DNA from: Chrysochromulina tobinii
Taxonomy: Eukaryota
Length of the DNA stretch: 44,158 nucleotides
Assembly (NCBI GenBank): GCA_001275005.1
Contig: JWZX01002829.1
Coordinates: 1-44,158, forward strand
Direction of reading: 5' to 3'
Positions 9,667-20,300 of the stretch are shown here, in pieces. How positions within the stretch are numbered: the stretch's first letter is position 1; every line of letters starts with the position of its first letter. Under the pieces are notes generated by a model. It worked only from the letters and a program-made list of their open reading frames with translations, did not search any database and had not been told where the DNA came from. Both the position numbers and the translations under genes were made by a program.

Positions 9667-12600
9667 ATGGATGCGGAGCACATGAGTCGCGTCGGGTCGT
9701 TCGAGTCGCCCTTATGTGGCCTCGACGCGGATGATGTGGCGTCGAGCCTATATGAGGATCCACACGATTTTGAGGTGTACATCGACAACGATCTCGAAGC
9801 GTTGCTTCACGAGGCGCACAGCGTGATGGTCGATGCCAACGAGAAAGAAGAGTCCTCCTGCCTCATCCAGGCACACATGCGCGGCTACCTGTGCCGCGCG
9901 GCATTACAGGACCAGATGAATGCGGCCACGACCGTGCAGGCCAGCTTACGTGGATTTCTCGTACGTGCGGCGCTCTTTGACGAGTTCGCGGCACAGCACC
10001 TCGATCTTGTCACCGACCCACGCTTCCATGCGCTTCACACGTGGCAGCTCCATGCCCGCTACAACGCCCGAGGTCAGATGCTGCACTGGCGGGGCAGCGA
10101 CGCGTGGCAGGAACGGTGCCTGACCGATGGCTTCAAAACGTGGGCGGTAAACGTGGCCGAGCAGCGTACCGTGGCCCAGGACGAGGTGTCCCGCATGTAC
10201 TCGGCCATGCACCGACGAGACGAGGAGGCGAGGCAGCTTCTGGTGCGCCGGTGGCGCTCGGGCGCAAAGGTGCGCACCAGCGAGCAGCGCGTGCGCAGCC
10301 ACCTGCGCGCGCGCGCGCACCAGCACTGGGAGCATCGTGCGAGCCGCCAAGGCCTCGACACGTGGCTGAACCACGCCGTCGGTGAGATCCTGCAGGGGAC
10401 GAACGCGGCCATTGAGGAGAAGCAAACGGCGGCGGAGGCGGCGGATGAGGCGGCGCAGGACGAGGTGCGCCTCATTCGCGCGTTCCAGTCCGACCTGCGC
10501 AACTGGAGCGAAGGCGCGCGCGAGCTCATCCAGATCGCCTCCTCGCGCTGCGCCTCGGCCACCTCGACGCCGTCTAAGACGGCGCCCTCTTCCTTCCTTT
10601 TCCACAGGGTGTCGCCGCCCTCGGGGGATCGCCCAACGGCCCGCACGCCTTCGGACTGGGTGGCTCGTACGCCCTCCGAACCCTCGTCGCCGCGTGAGCC
10701 CTCGTCGCCGCCCTTCACCCAAGCGCCCGTGGTCCCGCGCAAGTGGTTCCACGTAGATGGCTCCACGGATTCGACAGCGTGGCAGGTTCTAGAGCAGGAG
10801 GCACGTCGCTCACCCACCGACGGACTGCGCTCGGTGCGGCGCGAAACGCCCACGACGGCGGCGCTGCGCAGCGCCGTCTGGGACGTGCCGTTGCCTCGTT
10901 CTGCGCCGCCGCCGCCACCGCCTCCGCCACCGCCTTCGAAAGAGCTCAAGCAGATTGCGACGGCGACAGCCTCAGCGATCTACTCTCATGAGGAGATTGA
11001 GCAGATTGCCGAAGCAGTCGCCGCCCGGCTGAGCCTCGACGCGGCACTGAGCTTCCCAGGACCTGGCGTACCTACGCTGCTGAAGAGCTCCGCATCCGTA
11101 GAGGACGTGCCCTCAGCATCTTTGCCTCTTCGGACATCCGAAGTGGACGTGCCCTTAGCACGTACTCACATGCCCTCAGCACGTACTCACATGGAGCTAG
11201 GAAGCATAAACTCCCACCTCGACGCGAGCAGCGCACGCCGCGCGAGCAGCGCACGTGCGGTCTCGCCAGGGACCTACCGGTATGAGGGGCACGGCGCCAA
11301 TGCCGGTAGCGAGTGGCTCAGTAGCGAGTGGCTCTCGACCGAATGGAGCGACACGCCTTCTCCATCGCGGACAGGTGCGTCGTCTCCACGATGGGCCGTC
11401 GGCTCGGCCCGCGCTCACGAGAGCGCTCCATCGCCAGTGCCGGCCACTCTCGAGCCCTCTGGCGAGTACCTTCCGCCTGTGCTGGCCCAGGCCCAGGCTA
11501 CTCTTGAGTACCTTCCGCCTGCCCTCACCCCGCGTGGGGTCGGTCGGACCCCGAGCGAGCGCCAGCTGAGTGCGTCGGGCCACGCCAGCTCGGTGGGCAG
11601 GCGGTTAGCGGTCGAGGAGCAGCGCCAAAGGGACTTTCTCATGCGCACAGAGCGCGCGTACAGCGCCGCCGTCGAGAATTCGAGAATCCTCTCAGCGGAT
11701 GACATGAAGCGCCTCGCGACCCCGAGTCGCTTCAAGGGGCTCAGCATCTACTCGTATGCCATGGGAAATGCCGAGGCGGAGGATGGGATCGAGGCTGTGG
11801 GAAAGGCGGAGGATGGGATCGAGGCTGTGGGAAAGGCGGAGGATGGGATCGAGGCGCACCCCGTCACCGAGCATGGCCGAGCAGCTGTTGCCGGTCGACC
11901 GTACGTATCACCGAGTACCCCTACTCTGATGACATCTGTACGACTTGCGGGGTCACGTAGCCCGTCGCCCGGCCGCTCGCGCTCGCATTCGCCCGATCGG
12001 CGGCTCCCGCCACCGGGCCCGGTCGCACAGCCCCTCGCTAGGCCGAATCAGACCCCGGACCCCTCTCATGCGCAAAGTGAACCGAGTCAAGTGCATGCTG
12101 CACCAGCGCACGTCAGCAGCCCACGAGGGTTCGTCAGCCCACGAGGGTTCGTCAGCCCACGAGGGTTCGCAGGCACCCCGAGCGAGCGACGGCTGAGTGC
12201 GGCGGGCAGCGCGAGCTCGGTGGGTCGACGGCAACAGATCGAGCAGCAGCGCCAAAGGGAGCTCGCGGAGCAAGAGCAGCGCCGGCAGAGCGCCGCGGCG
12301 GCGAGGTCCAAAACCTTTTCGACCGAGCGTATGCTCAAGATGTCGACACCGAAGCCTAAGTGGACCTCTCCTCATCTAAGTGGGAAGACGCATGCATCCA
12401 AGCCGGGGGCTCTCGAGGCTCGCCCAAACGACGGTGCCACGCCCAGGGGCCCCGCAGCGATGGCGCAAGCTATTGCAGCCTACCGCGCCGCGATGACGCC
12501 CTCGAGCCCGCGCCCGACGCCAGCCGCGCCACCCGTGGTCATCGAGTTTTCACCCACGAGCACTTGCGCCGCCTCGCCCTTAAACACCTCCGCTCGCTTC

Positions 12601-12744
12601 ACAAGCTCGGCCGCCTCGTACTCGTCTCACGGGATGATGTCGCCCAGATCGGCCCACTGTATGGCGTCGCCCAGAGACATCGGCCAGAACATGACTATCA
12701 TCGGGGCGGCCGGCAGCGCGCGCCCGGTCTGGACCAGGCAATGA
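9667..12744 (+). CDS. IQ-motif protein with Sfi1-like Trp repeats and a long disordered Ser/Pro-rich C-terminus
   Basis: IQAHMRGYLCR and VQASLRGFLVR IQ motifs. Periodic hydrophobic-xx-W units (HALHTW, DGFKTW, LLVRRW, QGLDTW). Internal duplication TPSER.LSA.G.ASSVGRR...EQ.RQR. First ATG at 9667. Confidence 0.75.
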   Translation: MDAEHMSRVGSFESPLCGLDADDVASSLYEDPHDFEVYIDNDLEALLHEAHSVMVDANEKEESSCLIQAHMRGYLCRAALQDQMNAATTVQASLRGFLVRAALFDEFAAQHLDLVTDPRFHALHTWQLHARYNARGQMLHWRGSDAWQERCLTDGFKTWAVNVAEQRTVAQDEVSRMYSAMHRRDEEARQLLVRRWRSGAKVRTSEQRVRSHLRARAHQHWEHRASRQGLDTWLNHAVGEILQGTNAAIEEKQTAAEAADEAAQDEVRLIRAFQSDLRNWSEGARELIQIASSRCASATSTPSKTAPSSFLFHRVSPPSGDRPTARTPSDWVARTPSEPSSPREPSSPPFTQAPVVPRKWFHVDGSTDSTAWQVLEQEARRSPTDGLRSVRRETPTTAALRSAVWDVPLPRSAPPPPPPPPPPSKELKQIATATASAIYSHEEIEQIAEAVAARLSLDAALSFPGPGVPTLLKSSASVEDVPSASLPLRTSEVDVPLARTHMPSARTHMELGSINSHLDASSARRASSARAVSPGTYRYEGHGANAGSEWLSSEWLSTEWSDTPSPSRTGASSPRWAVGSARAHESAPSPVPATLEPSGEYLPPVLAQAQATLEYLPPALTPRGVGRTPSERQLSASGHASSVGRRLAVEEQRQRDFLMRTERAYSAAVENSRILSADDMKRLATPSRFKGLSIYSYAMGNAEAEDGIEAVGKAEDGIEAVGKAEDGIEAHPVTEHGRAAVAGRPYVSPSTPTLMTSVRLAGSRSPSPGRSRSHSPDRRLPPPGPVAQPLARPNQTPDPSHAQSEPSQVHAAPAHVSSPRGFVSPRGFVSPRGFAGTPSERRLSAAGSASSVGRRQQIEQQRQRELAEQEQRRQSAAAARSKTFSTERMLKMSTPKPKWTSPHLSGKTHASKPGALEARPNDGATPRGPAAMAQAIAAYRAAMTPSSPRPTPAAPPVVIEFSPTSTCAASPLNTSARFTSSAASYSSHGMMSPRSAHCMASPRDIGQNMTIIGAAGSARPVWTRQ
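11773..11855 (+). repeat. 30-nt coding tandem repeat (AEDGIEAVGK), ~2.7 copies
   Basis: gcggaggatgggatcgaggctgtgggaaag repeated directly. Confidence 0.9.
12117..12169 (+). repeat. 18-nt coding tandem repeat (SPRGFV), 3 copies
   Basis: cagcccacgagggttcgt repeated three times. Confidence 0.9.
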
Positions 12745-13198
12745 CCACTGTTTGAGCGCCGTGCCGGCGGGGCGAGCTCGCTGTACCGCAGCTGGCACAC
12801 CCGCAGGGAAAACCAGGGTGGGAAAGGCCATCGAGACACATCGAGAGACGCCTAGACGCCAGAGACGGTCGAGGTGCCTGAGGAATGACGACGTACGTGC
12901 TCCCCTGCTCCACCTGCGTTTCCCCGCCGTTTGATTAGAACATGCATGAACAGATTCAAGATTGAACTGTAGTACTAGTAGGTCCATTGCATGTTGGGTC
13001 CAGGCATACTTCACTTGTAAGCTTCGACTAGAGGAAAACGCCCCGGTGAGAATTATTTTCGTTAGGCACCGCGCAGCATGCAACTCAAGCCTCCGTAGAA
13101 CCGTACATGTTTTTATACACGGAAATTCGAAAAACTTCGATCAACGGTTTGTCAACACAATCGTGCGGCGGGCGCATCGCATTCCTGCTCAAGGAAAC

Positions 13199-16100
13199 AT
13201 GGCTTGCTTCGACCGACCGCCGTCATTCCTGATCCGGAACACCGATCTTTGGCTGCGGCCGCTGCTTCACAACACCGCGCCACCGCGCTGGGCATCCCTT
13301 CCCTTTCAGAATTGCTCCTACTTTGCCAACGCAGGCAGCAATAACTGCTCACATTATCGTTGGCAGGATGCGTTGCCAACCACACGCTGCTGCGCGTGCG
13401 GAGGCGGGTTTCAGGGGGGGATTCCAGCCGCTCCCCCGGCGCTCCCGCCCGCACCACCTTCCCCCCCGTCTCTGCCCTGCTACGCAGGCGGTCCACGAGA
13501 GAATGCGAGCCTACCACGGCGAACCCCGCCCTCATCGTGGCACTTGCTGGAGGTGTTCGCTGACGGAAGCAGTACCTGGGCCATCGGCTACAGGCAGTGC
13601 AACTGGTTTCGATCGCCTGCAGCTCCCGCCAATGCATGCGCGCGCTTCAAGTGGATCAACGTCCTGCCGACTGAGTACTGCTGCGAGTGCGCTGGCGGCA
13701 CGCACATCCAGCCATCTCCACCGCCGCTGCCGCCGGGGGCGCCGAGTCGACCGCCGAGTCGACCCCCGGCCCCGAGTCCAGCCCCGAGCCCCGGGCCCAG
13801 CCCCCCGCCCATCCCTCCCAGAGTCATACCTGCGCAACCCTCCCCGCCCTCCATGCCCAAGATCCCTCCCATGGCGCCCACCGCCTCACCAGCCGTCGGC
13901 GTCGCGGGCGCGGCACGGCAGAACCTCGCCACGAGCAGCGCGGGCACTGGAGGCTTACCTTGGGTCGCGGCGCTCGTCGTCGGCTTTGTGCTCGCCTCCC
14001 TCGCGTGCTGCATCGCATGCGTCTTGATCATCTCCTCGAATGCGCGCAGGCGCATCGCCAGCTGTCTCACGAGTTGCGGCTGCTCGTACCTCGCCTCCAA
14101 GTTCGACAACAGCTCTCGACAGTATCAGGGCATCTGGCTCGACTCAAACCTCAACCACATGGCCAGATCGAAGTGCAAGATCCAGCAGGCAGCCGAGCTC
14201 GAAGAGACATATGTCCGAACTGCCTTCGGGCGCAGCGGGCAGCGCGCTACTGATGATGCCTTCATCTCCTCGAGCACCCCATCAAGAGTGAGGTGGGCGA
14301 CGACCCCATCGAGAGTGAGGGCGGCGACGTGCACGAGCCCCACGAGGCTGCACCCAATCCGTGCGCGCGCCGTCGATAATGCTGTGCGGCATCCTCTCGA
14401 TGCCTACACGGAGGAGGGCATCAGAGCGACATGGTCCGAGGACCCGGAGGGGAATGCACGCGACTTGCCAAGGCTCGCGCGCGCAATCGAAGAGTATCGA
14501 CGGGAGGCGGCGGCCGTCGACTCGGCCCATACCAGTTGCTCCGAAGAGTTCTTCTCGGCTGAGCAGAGCCTGTGCTCGAGCCTGATGCCGAGCCGAGCAG
14601 GTTCGCCCAGACCTCGCCGTGCCGCCGCCGAGCCGGACGGAGTGCCCGTCGTGTCGCTTGCGAAGCTCTCGCCACGGATACTCGCCGCCTCCGGCTTACA
14701 ACTGGGCCGCTCCGGCCTGCCCGCACAATTTGAGTACAGCTGGAAGGAGGAACAGGTTGCTGCGGCCGAGCTCCAGTGGGCCGCCATGTCGAAGCAGATG
14801 GGTAAGCCGCCACAAGAGCCACCGCCACCAGAGGCGCGGCGGCCTGCTGGTGAGGCCTCTGGGCTGACTTTCCTCAATGTTTCGGGCCAGAACTCAATGA
14901 TGCCCTCCCCACAGCGGCCCTTTGGCCGCCCTTCAGACGAGATTGCACGTCTGGCTGCCTTCACCGCGAGCGGTGCCGAGCGCGAGGCCGCCGCGTTGTA
15001 CGCTGTGTCGCTGCAAGCGGCACAGGCGCAGCAAACCTACTTTGAGCTCCTTGGCATCCCTACGTGTCCAGGAGCTCGTACCGAACATACCTCGCGCTCG
15101 TACCGGCCACAGCACCAGCCACAGGACCTTCCCAGGGACGCCCACGACAACGCCCATGTGCCCTCGTCCATGATGGCAGCCCTAGCGCATGAGACACTCG
15201 ACGAGTCCCGAGCTCCCACACCGTTTGTCGAGGATTCCTACCGGTGCCCGAGCCGGACAAAGAGCTTCGTCCGGCGTACAGCCTCCGACCGTCTCGCCCG
15301 CGTGCGAGCCGTCAAGCGCGCCAATGAGACCAGCCAGCGCTCAATCGACGAGCCCGATGGACGCGTGCCTGCCCACCAAGGGAGTCTGGAGCTGCCGCTG
15401 CTGGCGGGGGGGCGGCTGGGCGGGGGGGGACAGGCGGCGGAAGAGGGGGACAGCAGTGACGACGAGCTGCGTGCTGACGGCGGCATGGGTGCACGGTCGG
15501 AGTCCTCTTCCAACACCAGCTGCGGGGCGAACTTCAGCCCCAGCTACCCCGAGCCATTCTCGACCTGCAGGTCGGCACCGACGGAAGATCCCGTGCACTG
15601 GGCCGACAGGCAGTCGCAGGTCGAGGAGCAATTCGAAACCGCCGACAACAGCGGCGGCACTACACCGCACCGAGCCGAGGCAACTTCTGTAGCGATCCAA
15701 CGCGGCGGTCTGGGTGCACGGCCGGAGTCCTCTTCCGCACCGCACCGAGCCGAGGCAACCTCTGTGATGATCCTTGTGGCGCGAATCGAGCGAGCACTGG
15801 CTCGCCGCCGCGACCAACGCGCTCGGGCGCGCACAGCAGAGTCCTCTTGCAAGTCCTCGGTGTTGACCTCAGGCATGCAGACGCCCCTGTCCTCTTGCAA
15901 GTCCTTGGTGCCGACCTCAGGCATGCAGACGCCCTTGTCCTCTTGCAAGTCCTCGGCGCCGACCTCAGGCATGCAGACGCCCCTGTCCTCTTGCAAGTCC
16001 TCGGTGCCGACCTCAGGCATGCAGACGCCTCTAGAGGGGATCCCAGAGGGCTTCATGACGCCGCCCGAGATACGCGATGACCGTGACTACGCGGAGAACG

Positions 16101-16549
16101 ACTTGCGCCCCGCTGCCGCCTCACGCCTGTACCGGAGCGTCGACCTCATCCGCAGGCCGAGTGAGGAAGGGAGCAGCGGGTGCTACAGCGAGGCAAACAG
16201 CGGGGAAGTGAGCCGTGCCGGGAGTCGTATGGCGGGCCGCGAGGGCGCCACCTCCCCGCGATCGGAAGCCTCCGAGCAGAGGATGGAACCATTTCATGTC
16301 GCTCTGCCGGAGAGCAGGGTGGCTGCGGGTGGCTTGCCACCTTCGACACCACCTCGTACCGCTCTCGCCACACCGAATCGCGCCATTTTGGGTGTCCGTG
16401 GGTGCATGGCGCCGCAAGAAGATCCACGCACATCGGCCTTGAGCTGGATGGAAACGCAGATCGATGCGGCTCATGGGGACACCGACTCAACGACAGCGAG
16501 TGTCACGTCTGGCCCTGGCCTCTATCTCAACTCACGCCTCGCCACGTGA
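13199..16549 (+). CDS. Single-pass membrane protein: two Cys-rich CCxCxGG modules, Pro-rich stalk, TM helix, long disordered tail
   Basis: Modules C.yF...NnC..y.W...LPT..CCaC.GG occur twice; TM LPWVAALVVGFVLASLACCIACVLII. First ATG at 13199; the 5' end is uncertain. Confidence 0.65.
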   Translation: MACFDRPPSFLIRNTDLWLRPLLHNTAPPRWASLPFQNCSYFANAGSNNCSHYRWQDALPTTRCCACGGGFQGGIPAAPPALPPAPPSPPSLPCYAGGPRENASLPRRTPPSSWHLLEVFADGSSTWAIGYRQCNWFRSPAAPANACARFKWINVLPTEYCCECAGGTHIQPSPPPLPPGAPSRPPSRPPAPSPAPSPGPSPPPIPPRVIPAQPSPPSMPKIPPMAPTASPAVGVAGAARQNLATSSAGTGGLPWVAALVVGFVLASLACCIACVLIISSNARRRIASCLTSCGCSYLASKFDNSSRQYQGIWLDSNLNHMARSKCKIQQAAELEETYVRTAFGRSGQRATDDAFISSSTPSRVRWATTPSRVRAATCTSPTRLHPIRARAVDNAVRHPLDAYTEEGIRATWSEDPEGNARDLPRLARAIEEYRREAAAVDSAHTSCSEEFFSAEQSLCSSLMPSRAGSPRPRRAAAEPDGVPVVSLAKLSPRILAASGLQLGRSGLPAQFEYSWKEEQVAAAELQWAAMSKQMGKPPQEPPPPEARRPAGEASGLTFLNVSGQNSMMPSPQRPFGRPSDEIARLAAFTASGAEREAAALYAVSLQAAQAQQTYFELLGIPTCPGARTEHTSRSYRPQHQPQDLPRDAHDNAHVPSSMMAALAHETLDESRAPTPFVEDSYRCPSRTKSFVRRTASDRLARVRAVKRANETSQRSIDEPDGRVPAHQGSLELPLLAGGRLGGGGQAAEEGDSSDDELRADGGMGARSESSSNTSCGANFSPSYPEPFSTCRSAPTEDPVHWADRQSQVEEQFETADNSGGTTPHRAEATSVAIQRGGLGARPESSSAPHRAEATSVMILVARIERALARRRDQRARARTAESSCKSSVLTSGMQTPLSSCKSLVPTSGMQTPLSSCKSSAPTSGMQTPLSSCKSSVPTSGMQTPLEGIPEGFMTPPEIRDDRDYAENDLRPAAASRLYRSVDLIRRPSEEGSSGCYSEANSGEVSRAGSRMAGREGATSPRSEASEQRMEPFHVALPESRVAAGGLPPSTPPRTALATPNRAILGVRGCMAPQEDPRTSALSWMETQIDAAHGDTDSTTASVTSGPGLYLNSRLAT
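15842..16033 (+). repeat. 48-nt coding tandem repeat (SSCKSSVPTSGMQTPL), 4 copies
   Basis: Four near-identical units start at 15842, 15890, 15938 and 15986. Confidence 0.95.
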
Positions 16550-17353
16550 GCCGATTCGGTCGAGGGGTGGCTCGCCCCGCGTACACCCCACGCCCTCCGG
16601 CCTTGAGGGTCTCACCGAATTCACATGCATCACGATCGTGCCCACATGCATGTTCCCATGCCATTGAATCGGGTCTGGCTATAACTTTCCTTGGCGGGCA
16701 TGCGTTCGGCAATTTACAGCTGTTTGGTGCATAATGCGATATGGGGCAATGTGCGGATCCGGGGTGGGATGTTGTTGGAGAGCGGTCCGGACCGGGAGCC
16801 CGTGTCCAGTTGTACGGCGTACAGCGCACGGCAGCTTCCCGGAGCCCTACCGGAGCCCGAGCTATCGACATGGCGGTTATCGTCCGGTCTATCGACTAAG
16901 GATTGACTTTGAGATGTGAGTCCTTGAGACACTGACTTTCGAATAACGTTGACAAAACGTTATCGTTAAACGTAATGAAAACCTGTATTTGATATCATGG
17001 GTTTAGACGCTGAATGAAAAGCGTATATGCAGAATCGGCACGCGGCATCGTCGCGTCGTGGCGTCGTGTCGTGGGACGTGGGGCCGGTACGGGCGTTCAA
17101 AGCTGCTCACAAACTTACTGAAGTGCAGTAGAATTATCGTATACTCGAGTACGGGGGAAAAGGAGCTGCCGTGCGTGCTGTTGAGCATTCTGCAGCGCTT
17201 TGGTGCATGTGCGTCAGGCAGCGTCGGAGCCTTCAGGCCAAATCAGTGCGCGTCAGGCCAAAAATGGCGTCGGCTAGGTTCGTGCTTCAAGGGTAGCGTC
17301 GCGTGCGCGCCACGTGCGAAGCATCGGGAGTATGTTCAAATACTGTAGGGCGC

Positions 17354-20300
17354 TTATGCCTCAATGCCGAAGCTCACCTTCTGGATACGATCATATGCTT
17401 TCGTACCCAGATGGTCGAGTGATTGGGCGATGAGCGCGCGCACGCGGTCACGCAGCAGGTGATCGGGCAGCTGGAGCATGAGGCGCTTCCTCATTTGCTC
17501 GATTGGGGTACGGCCCGTGCCCTGGAAGCATGGCAAGGCCGGGGCGAGCATGGTCACCTCGGTCAGGCCGACCAGCGTATCAGCGTGGTCGCGTATTGCG
17601 CGCAGTGCAGCGGTGCAGAGGTCGACGAAAGTGTCCGTGAAGAGGGATGCTGATGGACCACCGAGCACGTCGACGAACTCACGCGTGAGTTTGAAGGGGA
17701 CGGCTGATTCGCCCGAGACGACGCCTATCTTTGTATTCTGGCCCAGGATGTAGCCGAAGTCAATGTTCATCAGGTGCCCACGCCGGTCGAGAAGCAGGTT
17801 GCCATTGTGCCTGTCTTTGATGGCGAGCACGTAGGACACCACTGAGGCTGCGGCGAGCGAGCACGCGAAATTGAGCTGGGCGGCAGCAAAGGCAGGCGAG
17901 TCGGCGCCACCGTACGCGGCCTCAAAGTGCGCTCTCAAGGTGGTGTAGCCCGGTCGCCGCTTGAGGCGATCGAGCGACGTCGTGTCCGTTATCATCTCAA
18001 TGAGCCCCGATGAGGGGCCTGTGGCTAGGATGCGGTAGGTACGCAGCCAGAGCGGCGTTGGGAAGATGGCTTGAAAGAAGCGCAAGCACTGCATCACAAA
18101 GACCTCCTGCCGCACGTCGTCGTTAGCCTTGGAGATCATGGCCAGCAGAGCCCAACCGCGCTTGTGGCCCGCCGGGGACGCCTTGCGGATCCGTCGTGTC
18201 TTGGCTGCCCACGACTCTCCGAAGACGTGATCCAGAACGTCCTCGCCGGCCGAGGCCTCGCTGGCTGAGATCGGTGCGGTTCTGAGGGTCTCCGCGCTCT
18301 GCGAAGCTCTGAAGCTCGACGTGGGCGCGATGCGCACGAGAGGCCGCTCTCGTAACCGAATCGGGGGCACGCCGCGCGCCTCATCGTCGTCATCCTCCTC
18401 GTCGCCTGCCACCCCACCGAACACCTCCGCACCGCTGCCACCGAAGCTGCTCTGGCCGGCCTCGAGCGCGGCCGCCGCAGCTTCGGCACTCACCTGCCGC
18501 AGCGGTGGTTGGGCAAGTCCACCAAAGATGCTTGACAGGTCGCCGGCGATGGCCTCGCGCGCATCCTTGACGGCCGAAAAGAGCTCGGAGAGCTTGCGTC
18601 CGTGCGGATCCGAGACGACCTCGAGCATGAGCAACACAGAGGCCCGCGCGCGTGTGACGAAGACCGATCCCTCACACGGCGAGATGCGCGTCACTGGCCG
18701 GAGCGGCTCCGACGAGCGGCAAAGAGGCACGTACGCGAGTGGAGGCAGGCGCACGTCCTTAAGCAGAGCCTCGAGCCGCATGGTAGCCTCATCGCCGAGG
18801 GGTCGCACGCCGCTGAGCCCAGCCGCGCCTGGCGTGAACACAGCCTCGGAGAGCCTTGCGAGTGTGCGCACGAAGTCACGCACCGCGCGCAGGTAGAGGA
18901 ACGAGCAGCGCTGTGACATCGAGAGCGAGGCGATGTCGGCGCACTCGAGAATATCCACAGGGGGCAGCACGCCAGCACTGCTCGGCGGTGTCGCCCCATA
19001 CGGAGCGTCGCTCTCACCAGGACTGATGGTGCTGGTGCTGGTGCTAGTGCTGGTGCTGGTGCTGGTGCTGCTGCTGCTGCTGCTGCTCCGGCTGTGGCTG
19101 CTGACAGCAAGGCCGTCCACTTTGGCACTGCCGATGGCACGAGCACCACTCGAGACGAGGCCTGCGGAGCCCCTGTATGGGAGCGCAGCGCGACGGGTGG
19201 CGGACGAGAGCACCGGCAATCCTGGTAGCCCCGCCGCTGCGGAGAGGACGCGCAGCCATGTATGCGTAAGCTCGGTGCTCGCTGGGCCTTCGGCTCGGAT
19301 GCGCATCACGTGCGGCGAGAAGCGCGCCGAGAGTCGGATGTAATCGCCGCGCGGCGAGCTGCGCACCTCGAGGTTGCACTGGCCGAGAGGCATCGCACCG
19401 CGCGGCCGAGAGTCGGAGCGTCGGCGATAGTAGAAGAGGACCGAGCCGCGCAGCACAAACCAGCGACGCGTCCAACTCTCACCGCAGCAGCGCCACACGC
19501 CATACGTGTCACGGTTGCGCCGCTTGAGCAGGTGGCCCTCCATCACTGCAGAACCAAACAGGCCATCGGGAGAAGCTCGGGCGGCTGCTGAAGACGCCAC
19601 CAAACGGCCGCCTTCGGTCCCGAGATCGCGATCTCGGGCGGCCCCGAGATCGTGATCTCCGGTCTCGAGATCGCGATCGCGGCTGCGGCTCTGTAAGGCG
19701 GCTGCCGCCGGAGCACTCAGCACACCACCGCCACCACTGCCCACGGGCTGCGACGATGGCACCGAGGTCGGTAGCGCGCCCTCGCCTTCGCGAGTGTGCG
19801 GTGGTACTACGTGCTCTGCCAGCTGCTGCACGTCGTCGGCAAGCTTCTGCACGCGAGCCAGGACGCGCTGTCGCCACAGCTCGATGTTGTGCGCGAGCGC
19901 CGCTGAGCGCAGGCTGTCACGATTGACCATCTTGGCGCCGTACACGATGCTCTGCTCGATGAGCTGCAGCAGCCGCGCCGCACGGCTGTAGGCTTCGGGG
20001 TCGCCGTGCACGCCCAAGCTGCCTCCCGGACGGTTGTCCTCGAGCGCGGCATACACGTTCCATGAGAGCTGCAGCGCCCAGTGTGCATTGGTCTCGCACA
20101 AGCGCAGCGCGAAGCGCTCGAGTACCGAGCTTAGCAAGCTGTCCGCCGGGAGACCAAGGATGATGTACGCCAGCTGTGGCACATAAAGCTCAAGCTCATC
20201 CATGGCGCGTTCGTCGTTGGCGAGTTCGGCCAGCGATTCGCATGCGCCGGGCAAGAAGATGGGATCGTCGCGATGGCGCCATACTTGGACTAGGATGCGC

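Noticed and set aside
15842..16033. Regular 48-nt repeats resembling a CRISPR array
   Set aside because: No unique spacers, in-frame coding repeat, eukaryotic context and no cas genes.
16943..16965. AT-rich hairpin ataacgtt...aacgttat
   Set aside because: An 8-bp stem with no supporting context; cannot be called a terminator or element end.
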